Below, one piece after another: positions 23,025 to 37,277 of a stretch of DNA of 64,000 nucleotides. The DNA is from Lytechinus pictus (Eukaryota). The stretch is taken from contig NC_087258.1 in the NCBI RefSeq assembly GCF_037042905.1, positions 7,006,001-7,070,000 of the forward strand. The letters run 5' to 3'. Under the pieces are notes generated by a model that was given only the letters and a program-made list of their open reading frames with translations, was not told the origin of the DNA and searched no databases. A program made the translations under genes and the position numbers. Position 1 is the first letter of the stretch, and each line of letters opens with the position of its first letter.

Positions 23025-26000
23025 ATTATCACTTGAAAAGCAAACTGAAGAGGGCAGTCTTCAAAATTCAGATTTTTGTCATGATAGACCTCAACATGAC
23101 TTAAATGACATGTGTATTTCTGGTTAATGTAAATCTATGTTAAAGTCAAGCTTTGATGTATCCTATTTTGGAAAAGATGGTAGTGTTTTCTGATGTTAAC
23201 AAACAGGTGTGAATAATAAATGAATAAGTTACCAATTCAAATTCTGATAAATTTTATATTGGTTTTGATTGGTTTTGAGGCTTAGGCTGATGATAACATC
23301 AGCTTTACACTAGTCGTCAATGCTGACTTTGAATCACTCGGTCATCTGACCTGTATTTTAACATCCTATCCAAGGGATTATGAGACAGTCCATTTGGGAC
23401 ACCTAAACCTGTTGACCACTGAATTCAGCAATTGCCATAGGTTTTGTACAGGGACATTCTGAATCTCTTAGGCAAGGTGTTAATTGTACAAGATAACACA
23501 CATTTCCCATGTGCTCACCTACAGAAAAAAAATCATTGGCATCGTATACAATGAACTTCCAAGCTTTTATAAAATGTAGGGGTTTACGCCTCTATTCCCA
23601 TCCCATAAGTTTTGATGTTTTGATTGACTAACCTGACTTTTTGAAGGAAATTAATTCAAGAAAATTTATTTATTTGATTGCATTTGAAGATCAAGTAATA
23701 TATTTCATTTGCTGATGAAATTGCTCCATTGATTTTGGAAACGTATCATTCACGGGCATTTAATTTACTAGAACAAATGAAACTGAAGAATGATGAGAGA
23801 AATAACAACTTTAGTATAAATATTAAAGATTATTATGAGACATTTTTTGTTTGCTGGAAAAAGAAAGAAAAGCATGATTCAGGTGGAAAATTGCTTATTC
23901 ATTTCACAGTATATGATCTCCTTGTATCCATTACTTTCTAAAACTGGTTTTCCCTTCTACATTTACACATTTAACCCATTTGTGACAAAGTTACATGTTT
24001 TTGGCTTTGACTTATTTATTCTTTTATAGAGAAACCTAAAATGAATCTAAATACAAAAGAAGGGGTTCGAAAATTTTATTGTGAATTTCTATTGCATGGG
24101 TATGGTGTTAAAGGAATTTTAATTGGACTCTGATGGAAACTACAAGACTGCTGTTTTTCCTTAATAATTGGCACATGTCTTACTTGCAGAAATATTTTCC
24201 CATTAATTTGCAAACTTACAAAAGGAAAATATAAGTATTGCCAATTTGGAAAATTGCTCACAAAAATAAGGCTCCAGGTGTATCGTTGTCACGAATGGGT
24301 TAAATGAATCTTTCAATATATAGTAAATTGTTTCTACAGAATGTTCAGAAATATTTCCATCTCATGCAGGCTCATGGATTGAGCAAAGATAAAATAGAAA
24401 ATATCTGGAAAAGTACATATCTAAAGATATTTTCACTCCTAATGATTAGGAATTTGAAACCAATTGTGCTTTATTTCTTGTCAATGTACTATTGAGGACC
24501 TTCTAAAGGAGAGAAATTATCAGCAATAATGCTGTTTAAAATACTGAGCTTTCATATGTTATATAAACTATTTCATATGAATAGGTTTTTTGTTTTTTAA
24601 AGAAAATAAAAATGTTAACCATCTTTGTACTATGAGCTGCCATAAACGTGACCAAAATTGAAAAAAAAGGTTTATGCAACTATTCACGTTGACAGTATGG
24701 AAATATTTCTGAGAAATAATGTATTTTGTTGTATGTACAGTATGAAAGTTAAATGAATGTGACTTTTTTCTTTGAAGCCAAATAAGACGAAGAGTACTTG
24801 ATGCTTTTAAGATGCAGTTTGCACAAAGTTGAAAGTATGAAATATTTGTGGTTATAAGTCAAGGTATTTTTTTCTCTTACAAAAGAAGTATTATCAGCAT
24901 TTCATCATTCCAAAAATATGTGTATTTTTAAAGAACAAAGAATGTTTGTTCCAAGATTTTTTTAGTTTCATCTAAGCGAGGCGATGGATGATTTTGAGAT
25001 GATTGAATTCAAAGTGTCAAAGTATTAACTTGATTAGAAAGAAAAGAAGAGAAAATGTTGAGCATCAAGAACTTACTTTATTTGGCGATCACAATTATTG
25101 GATTGTGATGTTTATTGAAATGTACTATGTGACAGTCCTGGTTATAAATTGGTCTGCTAGAACGTGAGATGGTAGAGATGAGTTTGATTTGCTTCATGAT
25201 CATTGTTCCTTTTCAAAATATATTTTTTGTCATTGTTTAAAACTTGCAATCACGGCACAAGCAGATGGCATATAAAAGGTGCTAATTTTTGAAAGTTCTA
25301 GATACAATTTTACCCATTTGTATCCAAATAAACAAAAATCCCTCTTTGTTTCTAATTCTCAGATGGGACTGAATGTAAACCAAATAAAAGTAAAATAAGA
25401 TGAGGTTATTTTAGTTTACAAAGAGAGTTACCATGTGAACAAATTGTCATTGAAATTTCAGAAAGAATATTAATCTTGACTTTAATGTGTTATTTGCATA
25501 CTAAATGGGAATATGAAAGTACCCGTCAATCAATTGTGATATTTGATACGCATTTAGATTTCAACGATCAAGTGGTTCAATTTATAACTAACTTTGATAT
25601 AATTTAAATGGAACCTTTTTATTTTTATATTTTGCATTTTGTGATAGGGGAATTTTAGTAGACATTCAGTGTTTTTTGCCAGTGATTAAATTGTTTGATA
25701 TTATCTGTCACTTTTTACTGAAATTGAATTTAATTTAATGATTGATTTGTTTGTTGTCCCCCTTCTTTGGCATTGAGAAGTTATTTTGCAATAAAAAACC
25801 AGGACTCTATTTTGACATGTTCTGATGTCATTCTTTGTAATCAACACCATCACATGTAGGGGTGTGTTTGTGTGTGTGTGGGGGGGGGGTGTTGCTCAAT
25901 AACTGGAAAATTACGAATCAATGACCTGAACCTACTATTAAATACCATTACATTTTGGCGGTTGTCAAATCCCGCATTCAGTAAAGGAGGACCTGAAGTC

Positions 26001-29000
26001 TCCATAAATTTCCCAGCCAGAGCCAAACAAAAGTCTCCAAAACTCGGCGCGCACACTTTCTACCAACTGAAAGAGACGGATTTTCTCTTCAAAATGTTGT
26101 AAAATCTTAGTTTTAGTAAGTTTTGGTTATTGATTCATGATTTTCCAGTTGCTGAACTCGGACCAAATGAATGATAATCTGCATTGTTGTATTACTTCAC
26201 TAGTTACGAAAGCAAGAGCACTGCTGATAGATTGAATTTAAAGGAAATTCAGAGTGAAAAAGCATGAGTGGTTTGTCCAACCCAACAACTGAGAAAGGGA
26301 TGGGTGATTTCAAGTTCTGTGTTGCCTGTAATTGGAAGCGCAATTCAGATTGCCTTTAATACTGAGCTCCAATACCTAATGTGAGTTCACAAAAATTATT
26401 CAATTCACATTACTGATAGGTCATTATGAAGTAAGATGTATCCCAGGTAAGGATGCCAGGACATCTTCATTTTAGGTTTGGTGGTGTGCTGGGGCCATTT
26501 CATAAAACTTTTACAATGACATTGTTGCAAAAACAGTTAAAAGCTACTGAAATCCTATCTGATTAGCTGATGGTAAATTTTTAGTAGAACTTGAGCGATT
26601 GTTATTACAACAAGTCTTTATGAGACGGGACCCTGATGACCCAATCGGCCAAACACCAGCACCAAGAGGACACTGAACTTAAAATTAGCCATTGGGTTCT
26701 AGGTAGAAAGCAGCCATAAAAATACCTGGTATGTGTTTCATAAAGCTGTTCGTAAGTAACAAGTGACTTTACAAACGACTGGTGATCCTTTCTTGTGGTA
26801 AATTATATCATATACACCATGTTTTCATTGATGCTGACTTAGAAAATCCCAAGAAATTATTACCAGTCATTCTATGAACAGCTTTTTGAAACACCTACCG
26901 GAGGGATATAATTAGAAAGCAAAGGCTGAAATTCACTCAGTGTGAATAAACTGGCCCGGCATTAGCATAAAGTAAAATTTTGGGCTAAAATCACAAATCA
27001 AGAAGCAAAGTTTGTTGTAAACAATTATCACAGTCATGAATTTATTCACATATTCTATATTTTACAAAAAATATTGATTTGTGTGGATAAATTCATGTAC
27101 ATATAGAAGTAAAAATCATACACTTCTACACACATCAACGTTTGTTATAATCACCATCTGCGCCATCCAGTATACTAAAATTGATCAATACTTTTATTAT
27201 CATCACATGATTGGATGGGACATACCGTATGTCAAACAGATCTTTATTTCATTAAAATTGTACTCTACCAATAATTTCAATCAAAGTTTTTGACAAGTTA
27301 TTACACAAAACAAATTTCACACAGCAATATAGCAAAATGATATTTAGTAGAAAAATAAAGTATGTTCACTTCTTTCATCTTGACAAGTACTACAAAACAT
27401 CCAGTCATTTTTGTTTTCTTTCTTTCTTTTTTTTTCGTTGGCGACAAATCCACGATTTAAGATCCCAGATCTTGGACAACTGATTACTTAAAATTCTGTG
27501 GAAAATATTATGCATTAACTAGCACCTTCAATTTATATTCACACAAAAATATTAGTGTACACATCACAATAAGAAAAGTAGCAACAAACAAAGAGGGATA
27601 AAATCAATGGTAATTTAAATTTGCCAATTTAACATATGTTTAATACTTCCAAGAACATAACTTCACAATAGTAGTCAGTAGGATCAGGGTCTCCCTCTCA
27701 CGTCCCTGGTACGATAAGAAAATTCTACAGGCACATTTAGGGAGTATTCCTACATGCTGTAAAAATACTGTACAAGAAAAATGCATACTTTTAAATTCGT
27801 CTTAAAAAATTGAGGATAAGAAGAGACCCAACATCACATTATTGTTTTATGATAAACATCAACCACCACTGCTATGCTTGCTTGCTAATCATGAAAGGTA
27901 GAAAACTGTGTATGATACACTCATATACTGATTGTTAAATTCATCAACAGAATTTAATACATGAAGTGAGGCATCTTGGACATAACAAATAAAAAAGAAG
28001 CAGTGGAAAATATTAATAATAGTCTGTTCTTGTATAGCGCATAACACATTATGAATAACGTCTCTATGCGCTTCCAAAGGATTTGGATATTATTACCCTG
28101 GCTATAGCTCAAGCAGCTTTTACGCGCTCGGCATTTCAAAGAATAAATTCCTGCCAGGTACCCATTCAAATATCCTAGTACATGTACATAACAAGATGTC
28201 TGGGATATGTTGTGAGTTGTGACCATCAAAATTACCTTACATGTATTTTACCCAAATGGCAAATTCATTAGCCTGCTCCTGCCTTTACAAAGTCCTTATT
28301 TTATCTAAAATAATATTTTGCTTGAGAACAAGGCTGAGAAGATCAATCATTAATACACAAAATAAAAAAAACCATTAAAGTAGTTCACTATTCACAAGTA
28401 CACGTAATACACAAAGACAATTTCAAAGAATATCTTTGGGTATCATCAGCACTTTGGGGAAAAAAACATACAAGTACATGGACAGAATTCAAAACATATT
28501 GGCACTGGATAACATTATCAATAATTGTTGCATATTTCTTAATAAAGAAGGCAAGCATGGAATAGGCAAGATTTTTTTTTTGCATGAGATTCTTTGTTTG
28601 AAAAATATGTTTCCAGTTAAGGAACTTTCAGGAGTTTGGCAGTACCAAAATAAATTCTTTGTGTAATCAGTTATCTGCCAATGTCTTGAGATGCAGGGAC
28701 ACCCAATAGCGTGTCAGTGATTGCAAGGATTTTCCAATAGTACATTGGCTAATCCACTGATGCAAGGCAGTACTATCACAAACCCCTTAAATCGAATATT
28801 TTGCCTGTATGGTTTGGATCGCGGCATCCTCTTTAATAACATCATTATCATCAAAGAACTTTGGCCACCTAATCTAAAGTCAGAGCTACTTTTTGGCTGC
28901 CTTTCTCCACAGAAACTGCATTCGGTGTTTATTCTATTTCTATCCTCCGAAGAAAGAAAGCAATGGGGAATCAGGAAAATCAATGTGAAATCCTGCATGC

Positions 29001-29417
29001 GGCAAGATAAAAAAAAAGAATGAACACTTATAATCTATCTTATCAGAAGGCCCAGGGCTCGATACTAACTTTTTTTCCTGGGGGTCTTAGGCCTATATGT
29101 GTGCATACAATAAATGTAGATTGCAGAACAAGGAAGTTGACAGTGACATGATCCAAACTCTTAAATGAAAGATAATTTCACAATCTAAAACACCCTGGTT
29201 CCTATGTGGTTGGTGACATCACTTCCATGTACCTATTTTGAAAATTAAAATTTCCAGATAAAAAAAAACAGTTTTAAAATTCAATATTAGTTTTTCACTG
29301 TAGAAATCATCTCATTTTTATCCAGATGAATCACCAGATTCAGGATTTCCAGTACCTGATGTCCAATTTCTTTTGATTTCAATTGTTTTTAACCTTTGTT
29401 ATGATTCTTAATGTCAC

Positions 29418-30404
29418 TCAAGGAACACCTTGCACCCTTTCACAGCATTCCGAGGGTGGTTTATTCCAGTTGTAAACATATGATTGCCGTAGTTGTTCTT
29501 CCTTTTCACACATTTTGCCAGTCTTCTGCAAATGGCTCCATTTTTCTTTGAGATCCTGCGCAGTCTGTTTGTGAGAGATGAGGTAAACATTGCGGCAACC
29601 TCGTGATTTGTACTCGGTATCAAAACGGGGATCGTGCTCCCGATCGACGTCAACCGCAGCTAGCCAAGAACCAAGAGATATGTCTTCTGCATTGTACTTT
29701 TTAAGCATCTTAGCATTGATGGCAACATAATGGATTAGGTCGCTGGATAAGACGTATCCACCGCCTATGGCAAATGGGAGGTAATGGTCGCAGAGGAGCC
29801 AATCGTTCTCAGCGTATTTTCCGCGGGTATGCGCATGCTGGCGTCCATCAAAGAATCCCCAGTAGAGCTTCTCTTGGTTCTTGCTGTGAAGCTCCCGGGA
29901 CAGAGCGTCCAACCTGACTATGGAGTCATCATCGACCTTCAAGACGAACTTGGTGTCCACATGCCTGTCAACCCAGACAAAGGAATCTATGAGCTTCTGG
30001 GTGTTAGACTTGAGGTTCTCATGGACGGATGCCAAGAGCAGGAGGTCATGATGCAGACCGCTTTCTTTCTCCAACTGCTTCTTCTCCTCACCAGACAACC
30101 CATGTGTCCCAATCACAAACTTGATGATGATGTCTTTTGTCCTCTTTGTCATCCAGGTCTCTCGGATGGTGTATCTCCGAGCATCCAGTTGAGGCCCAGA
30201 CATGATCAGAATGACTAGGAACGCAGAGTAGTCACGTTTGACTGACTTTACCCCTTCGTTGGAGACACGGCTGTTGTCCACTTGAGGACACTCCGGCTGA
30301 GGGCCAGGACTGCACTTGGACATGTACAACATGACTCCCGCCAATGACAGGAGAGGGACAATGAGCAGAAGCATCAGAGCTTGAGACTTTGCCTTCCTTG
30401 CCAT
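29418..30404 (-). CDS. B3GALT6: Beta-1,3-galactosyltransferase 6 (GT31; GAG linker GalT-II), paralogue A, 328 aa
   Basis: Type II signal-anchor; motifs LKVDDDS, LYWGFFDG, GGGYVLSSDL, EDISLGSWL, REHDPRFDTEYKSRGC and a C-terminal CC. A splice acceptor lies 33 nt upstream of the ATG. Confidence 0.95.
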   Translation of the reverse strand: MARKAKSQALMLLLIVPLLSLAGVMLYMSKCSPGPQPECPQVDNSRVSNEGVKSVKRDYSAFLVILIMSGPQLDARRYTIRETWMTKRTKDIIIKFVIGTHGLSGEEKKQLEKESGLHHDLLLLASVHENLKSNTQKLIDSFVWVDRHVDTKFVLKVDDDSIVRLDALSRELHSKNQEKLYWGFFDGRQHAHTRGKYAENDWLLCDHYLPFAIGGGYVLSSDLIHYVAINAKMLKKYNAEDISLGSWLAAVDVDREHDPRFDTEYKSRGCRNVYLISHKQTAQDLKEKWSHLQKTGKMCEKEEQLRQSYVYNWNKPPSECCERVQGVP

Positions 30405-30502
30405 GGTTGGATAGATTCTGACAAAAGGGTCTTGTCTCTGAGTGAAAATGTGAAATAGAGAAATATTAGGGTAATTTTTACTTGAACTCCGGTTAAAATG
30501 TA

Positions 30503-32215
30503 ATGAGTGATGATTGGGAGTGGTGATTTAGTGTGATGATGGGAGTGATGATAAGATAGATGATGAGAATGATGATGGGAGTGATGATGAGATGGGCGAT
30601 GGGAGTGATGATGAGATGGGCGATGGGAGTGATGATTAAGGTGATGACAAGAGTGATGATGAGAATGATGATAAGAGTGATGATAAGAGTGATTGGGGTG
30701 ATGAGAATGATGATGAGACTGAGAGTGATGATGAGTGATGACAAGTGTGATAGGAATGATGATAAGAGTGATGATGAGAATGATGAGACTGGTGATGAAA
30801 GTGATGTTGAGAGTGATGAAGGAGAAGATGAGATTGATTAGAGTGGTGATGAGAGTGATGATTATAGTGATGGGAGTAAAGCTGAGAGTGATGATGAGTG
30901 ATGTTGTGAGTGATGATGAGAGTGCTTAGAGTGATGATAATAGGGATGATGAGAGTGATAAGGGTGATTAGAGTGATGATGAGTGATGATGAGAGTGCAT
31001 GATGGGAGTGATAAGTGAGATGGTGAGATTGATGATGTGAGTGATGAGAGTAATGATGAGAGTGATGTTGAGAGTGGTGATGAAAGTGATGACAAGAGTG
31101 ATAATGAGAGTGATGATAAGATTGATGGGAATGATGATGAGAGTGATGATGAGAATAATAAGAGTGATAATAATAGTGATGAGAGAGTGATGATGAGAGT
31201 GCATGATGTGAGTGATAAGAGTGATGATGTGAGTGGTAATGAAAGTGATGATAAGAGTGATGAGAATAATGATAAGAGTGATGATGGGATTAAGGAGGAA
31301 GGTGATGATAAGAGTGATGGGAATGATGATGAGAGTAATGATGGGATTAAGGAGGAAGGTGATGATAAGAGTGATGGGAATGATGATGAGAGTGATGATG
31401 ATTGTGATGAAGATGATGAGTACTGATGCGAGGGATGATTATGATAGTGATGATGAGAGTGATGACGAGAGTGGTGATAAGAGTGGTGATGAGAGTGATA
31501 AGAATGACGATGAGAGTGATGATGATGAGAGTGAAAATGAGAGTGATGATGAGATTGATGAGAGTGATGCTGAGAGTGATGAAAGAAAGCAATGTGAGTG
31601 ATGAGAGAGATGATGAGAGTGATGATGAGAGGATGATGGGAGTGATGATGGGAGGAATGAGAGTGATGATGGGAGTGATGATGAGAGTGATGATGAGAGT
31701 GATGATGAGACTGATGATGAGATTGATGATGAGATTGATGATGAGACTGATGACGAGACTGATGATGAGGGTGATGATGAGAGTGATGATGAGTGATGAT
31801 GAGTGATGAGAATGATGATGGGAGTGATGATGGGCGTGATGACGAGAGCGATGAGTGAGATGATAAGAGTGATGAGAATGAAGATGAGAGTGATGAGTGA
31901 GATGATGAGAGTGATGATGAGATTTATGATGAGAGTGACAATGAGAGTGATGAGTAATGTGATGAGTGATTATGAGAGTGATAATGAGAATGATTCGATG
32001 AGATTGATGAGAGTGACTATGAGAGTGATGAGTAATGTGAGTGATGAGTGACTATGAGAGTGATGAGAGTAATATGCTAGTGATTTGATGAGAGTGACTA
32101 TGAGAGTGACGAGTCATGTGAGTGATGAGTGACTATGAGAGAAATGATGAGTGATGAAAATGATGAAAGTGCATGATGATAATGGGAGGATGATAGTGCT
32201 GGGAGTGAAGAGTGA
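30503..32215. repeat. GAT/GAGAGTGATGAT low-complexity array (about 1.7 kb)
   Basis: Nearly C-free plus strand built from GAT, GAGA and GTGAT units, with higher-order duplications (e.g. a 57-bp period at about 31290/31347). Confidence 0.95.
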
Positions 32216-32394
32216 TCTTTATTATCATCATTATTAAATTATTATCATTACTTTTATTGTTATTATCATTATTATTATAATTATCAAAATAGAATTATCA
32301 TAACTATTATTATGGGTAATACTACTACTACTACTACCATCATTATTTTCATTACTTTTGACTTTTACTGCCATTAAAAAGAAAAGATGTATAT

Positions 32395-32435
<41 letters not shown>

Positions 32436-34397
32436 GGCCTATCAAACAAAGAGAGAAATAAAAGTAATTTATGATTATTTCAGCCAAAAAAATACAACTT
32501 TTCTGTTACTAAATGTTAGCTATGATGCCGACTCATCAAAATTTTCAGTTAGTAAAATCAAGAGGTTAACTTCAAATTTCCATTGAGAAATGAAAGTTAG
32601 TACTTAGTTGATATTAATTTATGACAGATCTGTCAATCAATGTTGGAAACAAATTAATGATTGCAGTTCCCATACTTTTTATATACTCATATACATGCAT
32701 ACTTTCTATACTCATAGTTTATTTTATTGCATGTAACCAGACACAAACTTTCTTCTTTTTTGACATTATACATTTTTCATGGTGATCATCCTCCAAACTC
32801 TAGTTAAGTAATTACCCAGCTCACTGCATATGAACCAATTCGATCTCCGATATAAACATTCCCGATCATCTTCATTGAATTATGTTTTTGCCACTCATCT
32901 CTAGTTGGTATTATGGATGTCTATAGTGAGATCACACATGCATACGTGGCAGGGTAGCTAGTGCAAAACGTCCGGTCGGCAAGCAACATCAATCTCAGAA
33001 GTTCAAGCATCCAATAATAATGGCAAGCGAACACAATACAGTTTTCAGATATTACGATGTCAAATGCTAATGTTCGGTATCACAACTTCGTATAATATTC
33101 GTCCGGTAAATAGTTATCAAGCGTGTTAGATTTGGGGGTTAAAAGTGAAAGGAGTGAAAAACTTTCTAACCTTGCCGGTCCTCCTACTTCGCGACTCCAG
33201 CTTTCCAACTTCCACCAGCACACGTTTGCAAATCGGTACTTGTTTTCCCGCGGGTGATGTGGCGCATTGAATGAGAGTTTAGAGTTGATGAGGATGCCAG
33301 AAAGCTCGAATTATACGCTATTTCATCTTGGTGATCACTCCGAGGCTCATCGGTATCCTAAAAATGTAATCGAGTTCGAATTCGATAGCTAAATATCCAA
33401 ACAAATCAACACAAACTGGCCAACTTGTCTGATCATTTAAAAAGACAACTACACATACAGCGTTGTAGTATGTCGGTAGTGGTATTAGCTGAGGTAGTGA
33501 AACTTCCCGACCAAGCTATTTCCTCGGACTGATCCGTCGATAAAGAGAGACAATTCGAGGTCAACGGGCACTGAGATCATGTTTGGAACGATTACCAGGT
33601 TCTAGAGGTCAATGTAAAGCCACCGGGAGGTTCATAATGAGGCGTATTGGGTCGGGTCATGAAAGGGGCGGGGTTATGGTATTAGAAAAAGTGGTATATT
33701 GGAGAAAAAAAAGTGACTACGGAAGATATTTGGGAGACACTAAAGGTTGCAAGAAAAAAAAAGTTCTCCTCTTTTTCCTACTCTATCTTTTTCTTGATTT
33801 TTCCTCTAGTAACTCTCCTAAGCTAAAGTAAGTTAAAGCATGGTGGGCCACTCTTTACGCTAATAATTGTGAGAGTTTTGTTGCTTGATTTAAATCGCCC
33901 ATCATCAAAAGAATTTGGAGGAATATACGGCTTCTCTCACGCTTCGAAAATTTTCTTAGGCCCATGATAAATTTCAGAACATTAATGATTAGTTTGTGAA
34001 GCCATCAACTTGAACAGCCTCAAAATATTGACACATGATTACAGCGCATTTTGTAACATAATTTCTGTATCATTCTTGGTCTCTTATTTGATCACTTGGA
34101 TGGGTAAATCATTCTGATGGATCTTCATAGATCATGAAAATCAGACTCTTCCTCAATCATTAACCTGTTTGAAAATATACAGTAATCTGCACAGTTTCGC
34201 AATTTCTCATTTCTACCACCATGCAGGGCCCCTTACTATTATATTAACTTTGCCAAACTTTCCTGAAATCCTTGATTCTGATTGGCTGATAAGCATCGTT
34301 GCCATGGCAGTTACCATTAGATGGCAAAGTTACTATAACATTTATGCAACTGGGCCCAGGTCATTCTTTGAAAGAGGGTATGGATAGCATACATATC

Positions 34398-35860
34398 GGC
34401 GGATCCAGGGGGCCGAGGGGCCCGGGTCCCCCTACTGGCGGAGCAAAAAGATAAACTGGGGAAAGAAGACAAAAGGGGAAAAGAGAGAAGGAAAAAAATA
34501 AGAGAAAAAAAAAGAGGAGGAAGACGAGTGAATAAAATAAGGTGAGGGGAAGACTTGGAAAAACAAATCTTTCATATCACTTTAAAAATATTTGCTCGCG
34601 CTTCGCGCTCGCATTGCATGTTTGATGTCTGAGAAACATATGTCCCCTATCTTGTTCAGTAGGCTGATATGGAGCTTAAAATATCAAGTTTAGAAATCAA
34701 TAGACAAAACATAGTCTTCGTGTATTCCATAAATAGTCAAAATATCCCTTTTCAGGTCTGATTGTCAAAACATGTTATCTATAGCGCTGCGCGCTCGCAT
34801 TTTGATTGGTGAGATATGTATACCTCTATATCAATTCTAGAACAAACTATTTAAATTCCCATTTTCATGACAGTTTATCAAAAATTTCGGTTAGCGATTT
34901 GCACTCACTTTAATTGTTAAAAATATATTAACCCATCCATCCTATTCATAATTACAATATCCAGTTTTCAAGCCTTGATATCAACACATTTCGTTACATT
35001 TCGTGCTCTCATTGGGCTTGTACCTGTATATAGATCAATAAATAAGGTAATAAAGCATTCATGAATTCCTAATAATCAAATTGTCCTTTTTTTCAGAATG
35101 GAATATCGACAAGTTTCTTCTCGCACTTAGGAAGATAATTGCCATGTTCATATGATGACAAAGTGTCCTTAGAATGTCCCGGTCCGAGATCAAAATAATT
35201 TTAAAAAGTTTCAGCTCGCGCTTCGCTCTCGCATCATTTATTAAGTGCGATCCATATCCACTTCACAATTTTCATTTTCAGTGCTTGAAAAAGTGCTTTA
35301 ATTTCAGATCAGAATATAAAAAAGTTTGTGCTCGCGCTTCGCACTCGCATTATTAATGTTGGAAGTGTTCCATTTTTACGTCTAAATATAAAATTTTCCG
35401 CTTGCGCTCGCATATCCTGTTCACGATTACAAAAATGCTTAGAGTGTCAGTTTTTTAGGTCGGAATTTCAAATATTTTCAGCTCGCGCTAGCATTATTTG
35501 ATTGTTGAAATATGTATCGTCTTCATGGCTAACTGCAAAGTCCTAAACAGGTTTTTCGATCAGGCCAGAACGTTTATTAAAAATTATTTAGTTACATATG
35601 CATGTTATTCAGGATCACAAACATTACCCAAATTGTTCAATTTCCAGGACAAAATATATGAAATTTCCGAAAATTTTACCTCGCGTTTCGTGCTCGCACT
35701 ATCTAAATAGATTGTTATATATTTATTTTTAGGTTGCTTTATAAGAATAAAGCTAAGAAGTCACTGTTAGGACTTCCCCTTAAAGAAGCTAACAAAAATC
35801 AACTTTGAGCGGTCGATCGGGGAAAATATTGGTGAAAAAAAATTCCGCCCCCCTCCTAGT
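34398..35860. mobile_element. Non-autonomous DNA-transposon-like repeat
   Basis: Begins GGCGGATCCAGGGGG; many internal copies of CTCGCGCTTCGCGCTCGCAT; right end degenerate. Confidence 0.6.
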
Positions 35861-37168
35861 GGTTAACAATGAAAAAGAATAGTCTAGAAAATGATTTTTT
35901 TTTTTGGTTGATAACATGCATTACGCCGCTAATCCCCCCACCCCGGCATCCATGCTTCCCCAGAAACTACTAAAGGATTTTTGAAAGTTCGGTAAGATGT
36001 AGAAAATGAAAGATAGAGACATATGGAGCTAGGTTTATGGAGGAAAGAAGTGAGGAAAGAAGGGATATTAAGAGAGAGAGAGAGAGAGGGGGGGGGGGGG
36101 GCTTCAAATTGATTTAAAATATACCCTATCCATTATAAGCATAATTTATTTTATTTTTTTATTCATTTGTCTTATTTACCCAGGGTAGCCTGTTCAGTGA
36201 TTGAAACACTATTCTTAATCAGGGCCCTGCACAAATACATTTATACATAGAACGAACAAAATACATTATATACAAAACATGTGAAATAGTCATTATTACA
36301 TTACAATATAATTATAATACAAAAAATACCAAAAAAAAAGCTAATTGAACATTTGAAGAACTTTGAAAAAATGGCGGTCAGGAGACTACTTTTTTTTTCA
36401 ATTTCATTTTGTCATATAAAATTGTATTATTTCTATGTATATGTTCATGAAAGGGCAGACCTAAATAAATTTATTTTCATAATCATAATTTTATGATTGT
36501 TTTGTTTAGTCATATTTTACTGCATTTGTTCATACATGGTCAAGATGAATATTGTGGTATATGCACGTTCCCTCCCTTTATTTCATCTCTCAAATCTCCT
36601 CTCTACATCTTCTCTCTAACTTTCCCTCTCTCTTTTCCATCTCCCTTTCCCACCTCTCTCCCTCTCTCTCCGACACTCAAATCTTTACTCCCTCTATATT
36701 TCCCATCTACTCCCTACCCTTGTCTCTTTCCCTCTTATCCCTCCCCTCTAGCCCCCCTTCTCTCTCTCCGTTTTTCTCAATTATATATAAATATCCATTG
36801 AATAAAGTTCTGAAAATTTTTAGCACTAAAAGCTAACAATAGAATAGTGGTGCATTTTGTTTTGATAAATGCACGGTAAATTGATATCCATTGTGTATTA
36901 TCCTTTTTTACTTCATAAAATTGATAAATTAAAATTCAGTATTTAATATTTCCAAAAAAAAAAAATGAACACAATTTACTTTTTACTTTGTCTTTTCCAT
37001 ATTTAAAATCATGTTCCTGAATATTCAACTTCTTGGGAAATAACAATTTTAAAGAAATAGCAAATGCAAATTTGAATTAGAATATCTAATTTCTAAATGT
37101 AAACACGATTGTCGGAATTACAACTCTGCTTAAAAATGTTTTCATTCCAACACCTACTAGTATCACAT

Positions 37169-37277
37169 GGCCCTGTAACATAAAGCTCGGTGATTAATCA
37201 AATTTATTATTGTGAATGAATGATCAATCATAAAGAGAAGTCCCATGATCCATCACTAAACTTTATGTTACAGGGGC
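37169..37277. mobile_element. Short palindromic MITE family (other copies at about 57417-57547, 59702-59836, 59988-60119)
   Basis: Termini GGCCCTGTAACATAAAG / CTTTATGTTACAGGG(C)C shared among four copies. Confidence 0.7.

Noticed and set aside
15000-29400. Additional gene or 7SK-like ncRNA between MEPCE and B3GALT6-A
   Set aside because: No exon-like or Pol III gene signature that I could recognise; it looks like UTR or intergenic DNA with repeats. A covariance-model search would be needed to exclude small RNAs.
30493-32051. Met/Arg/Val-rich, Asp/Glu/Ser-rich and His/Ile-rich ORFs (possible biomineral-type acidic protein)
   Set aside because: All frames are open only because of the GAT repeat; frames switch often, and there is no signal peptide or splice support.
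36570-36780. Pro/Ser/Leu-rich ORFs over a pyrimidine tract
   Set aside because: Simple CT-rich low-complexity DNA.
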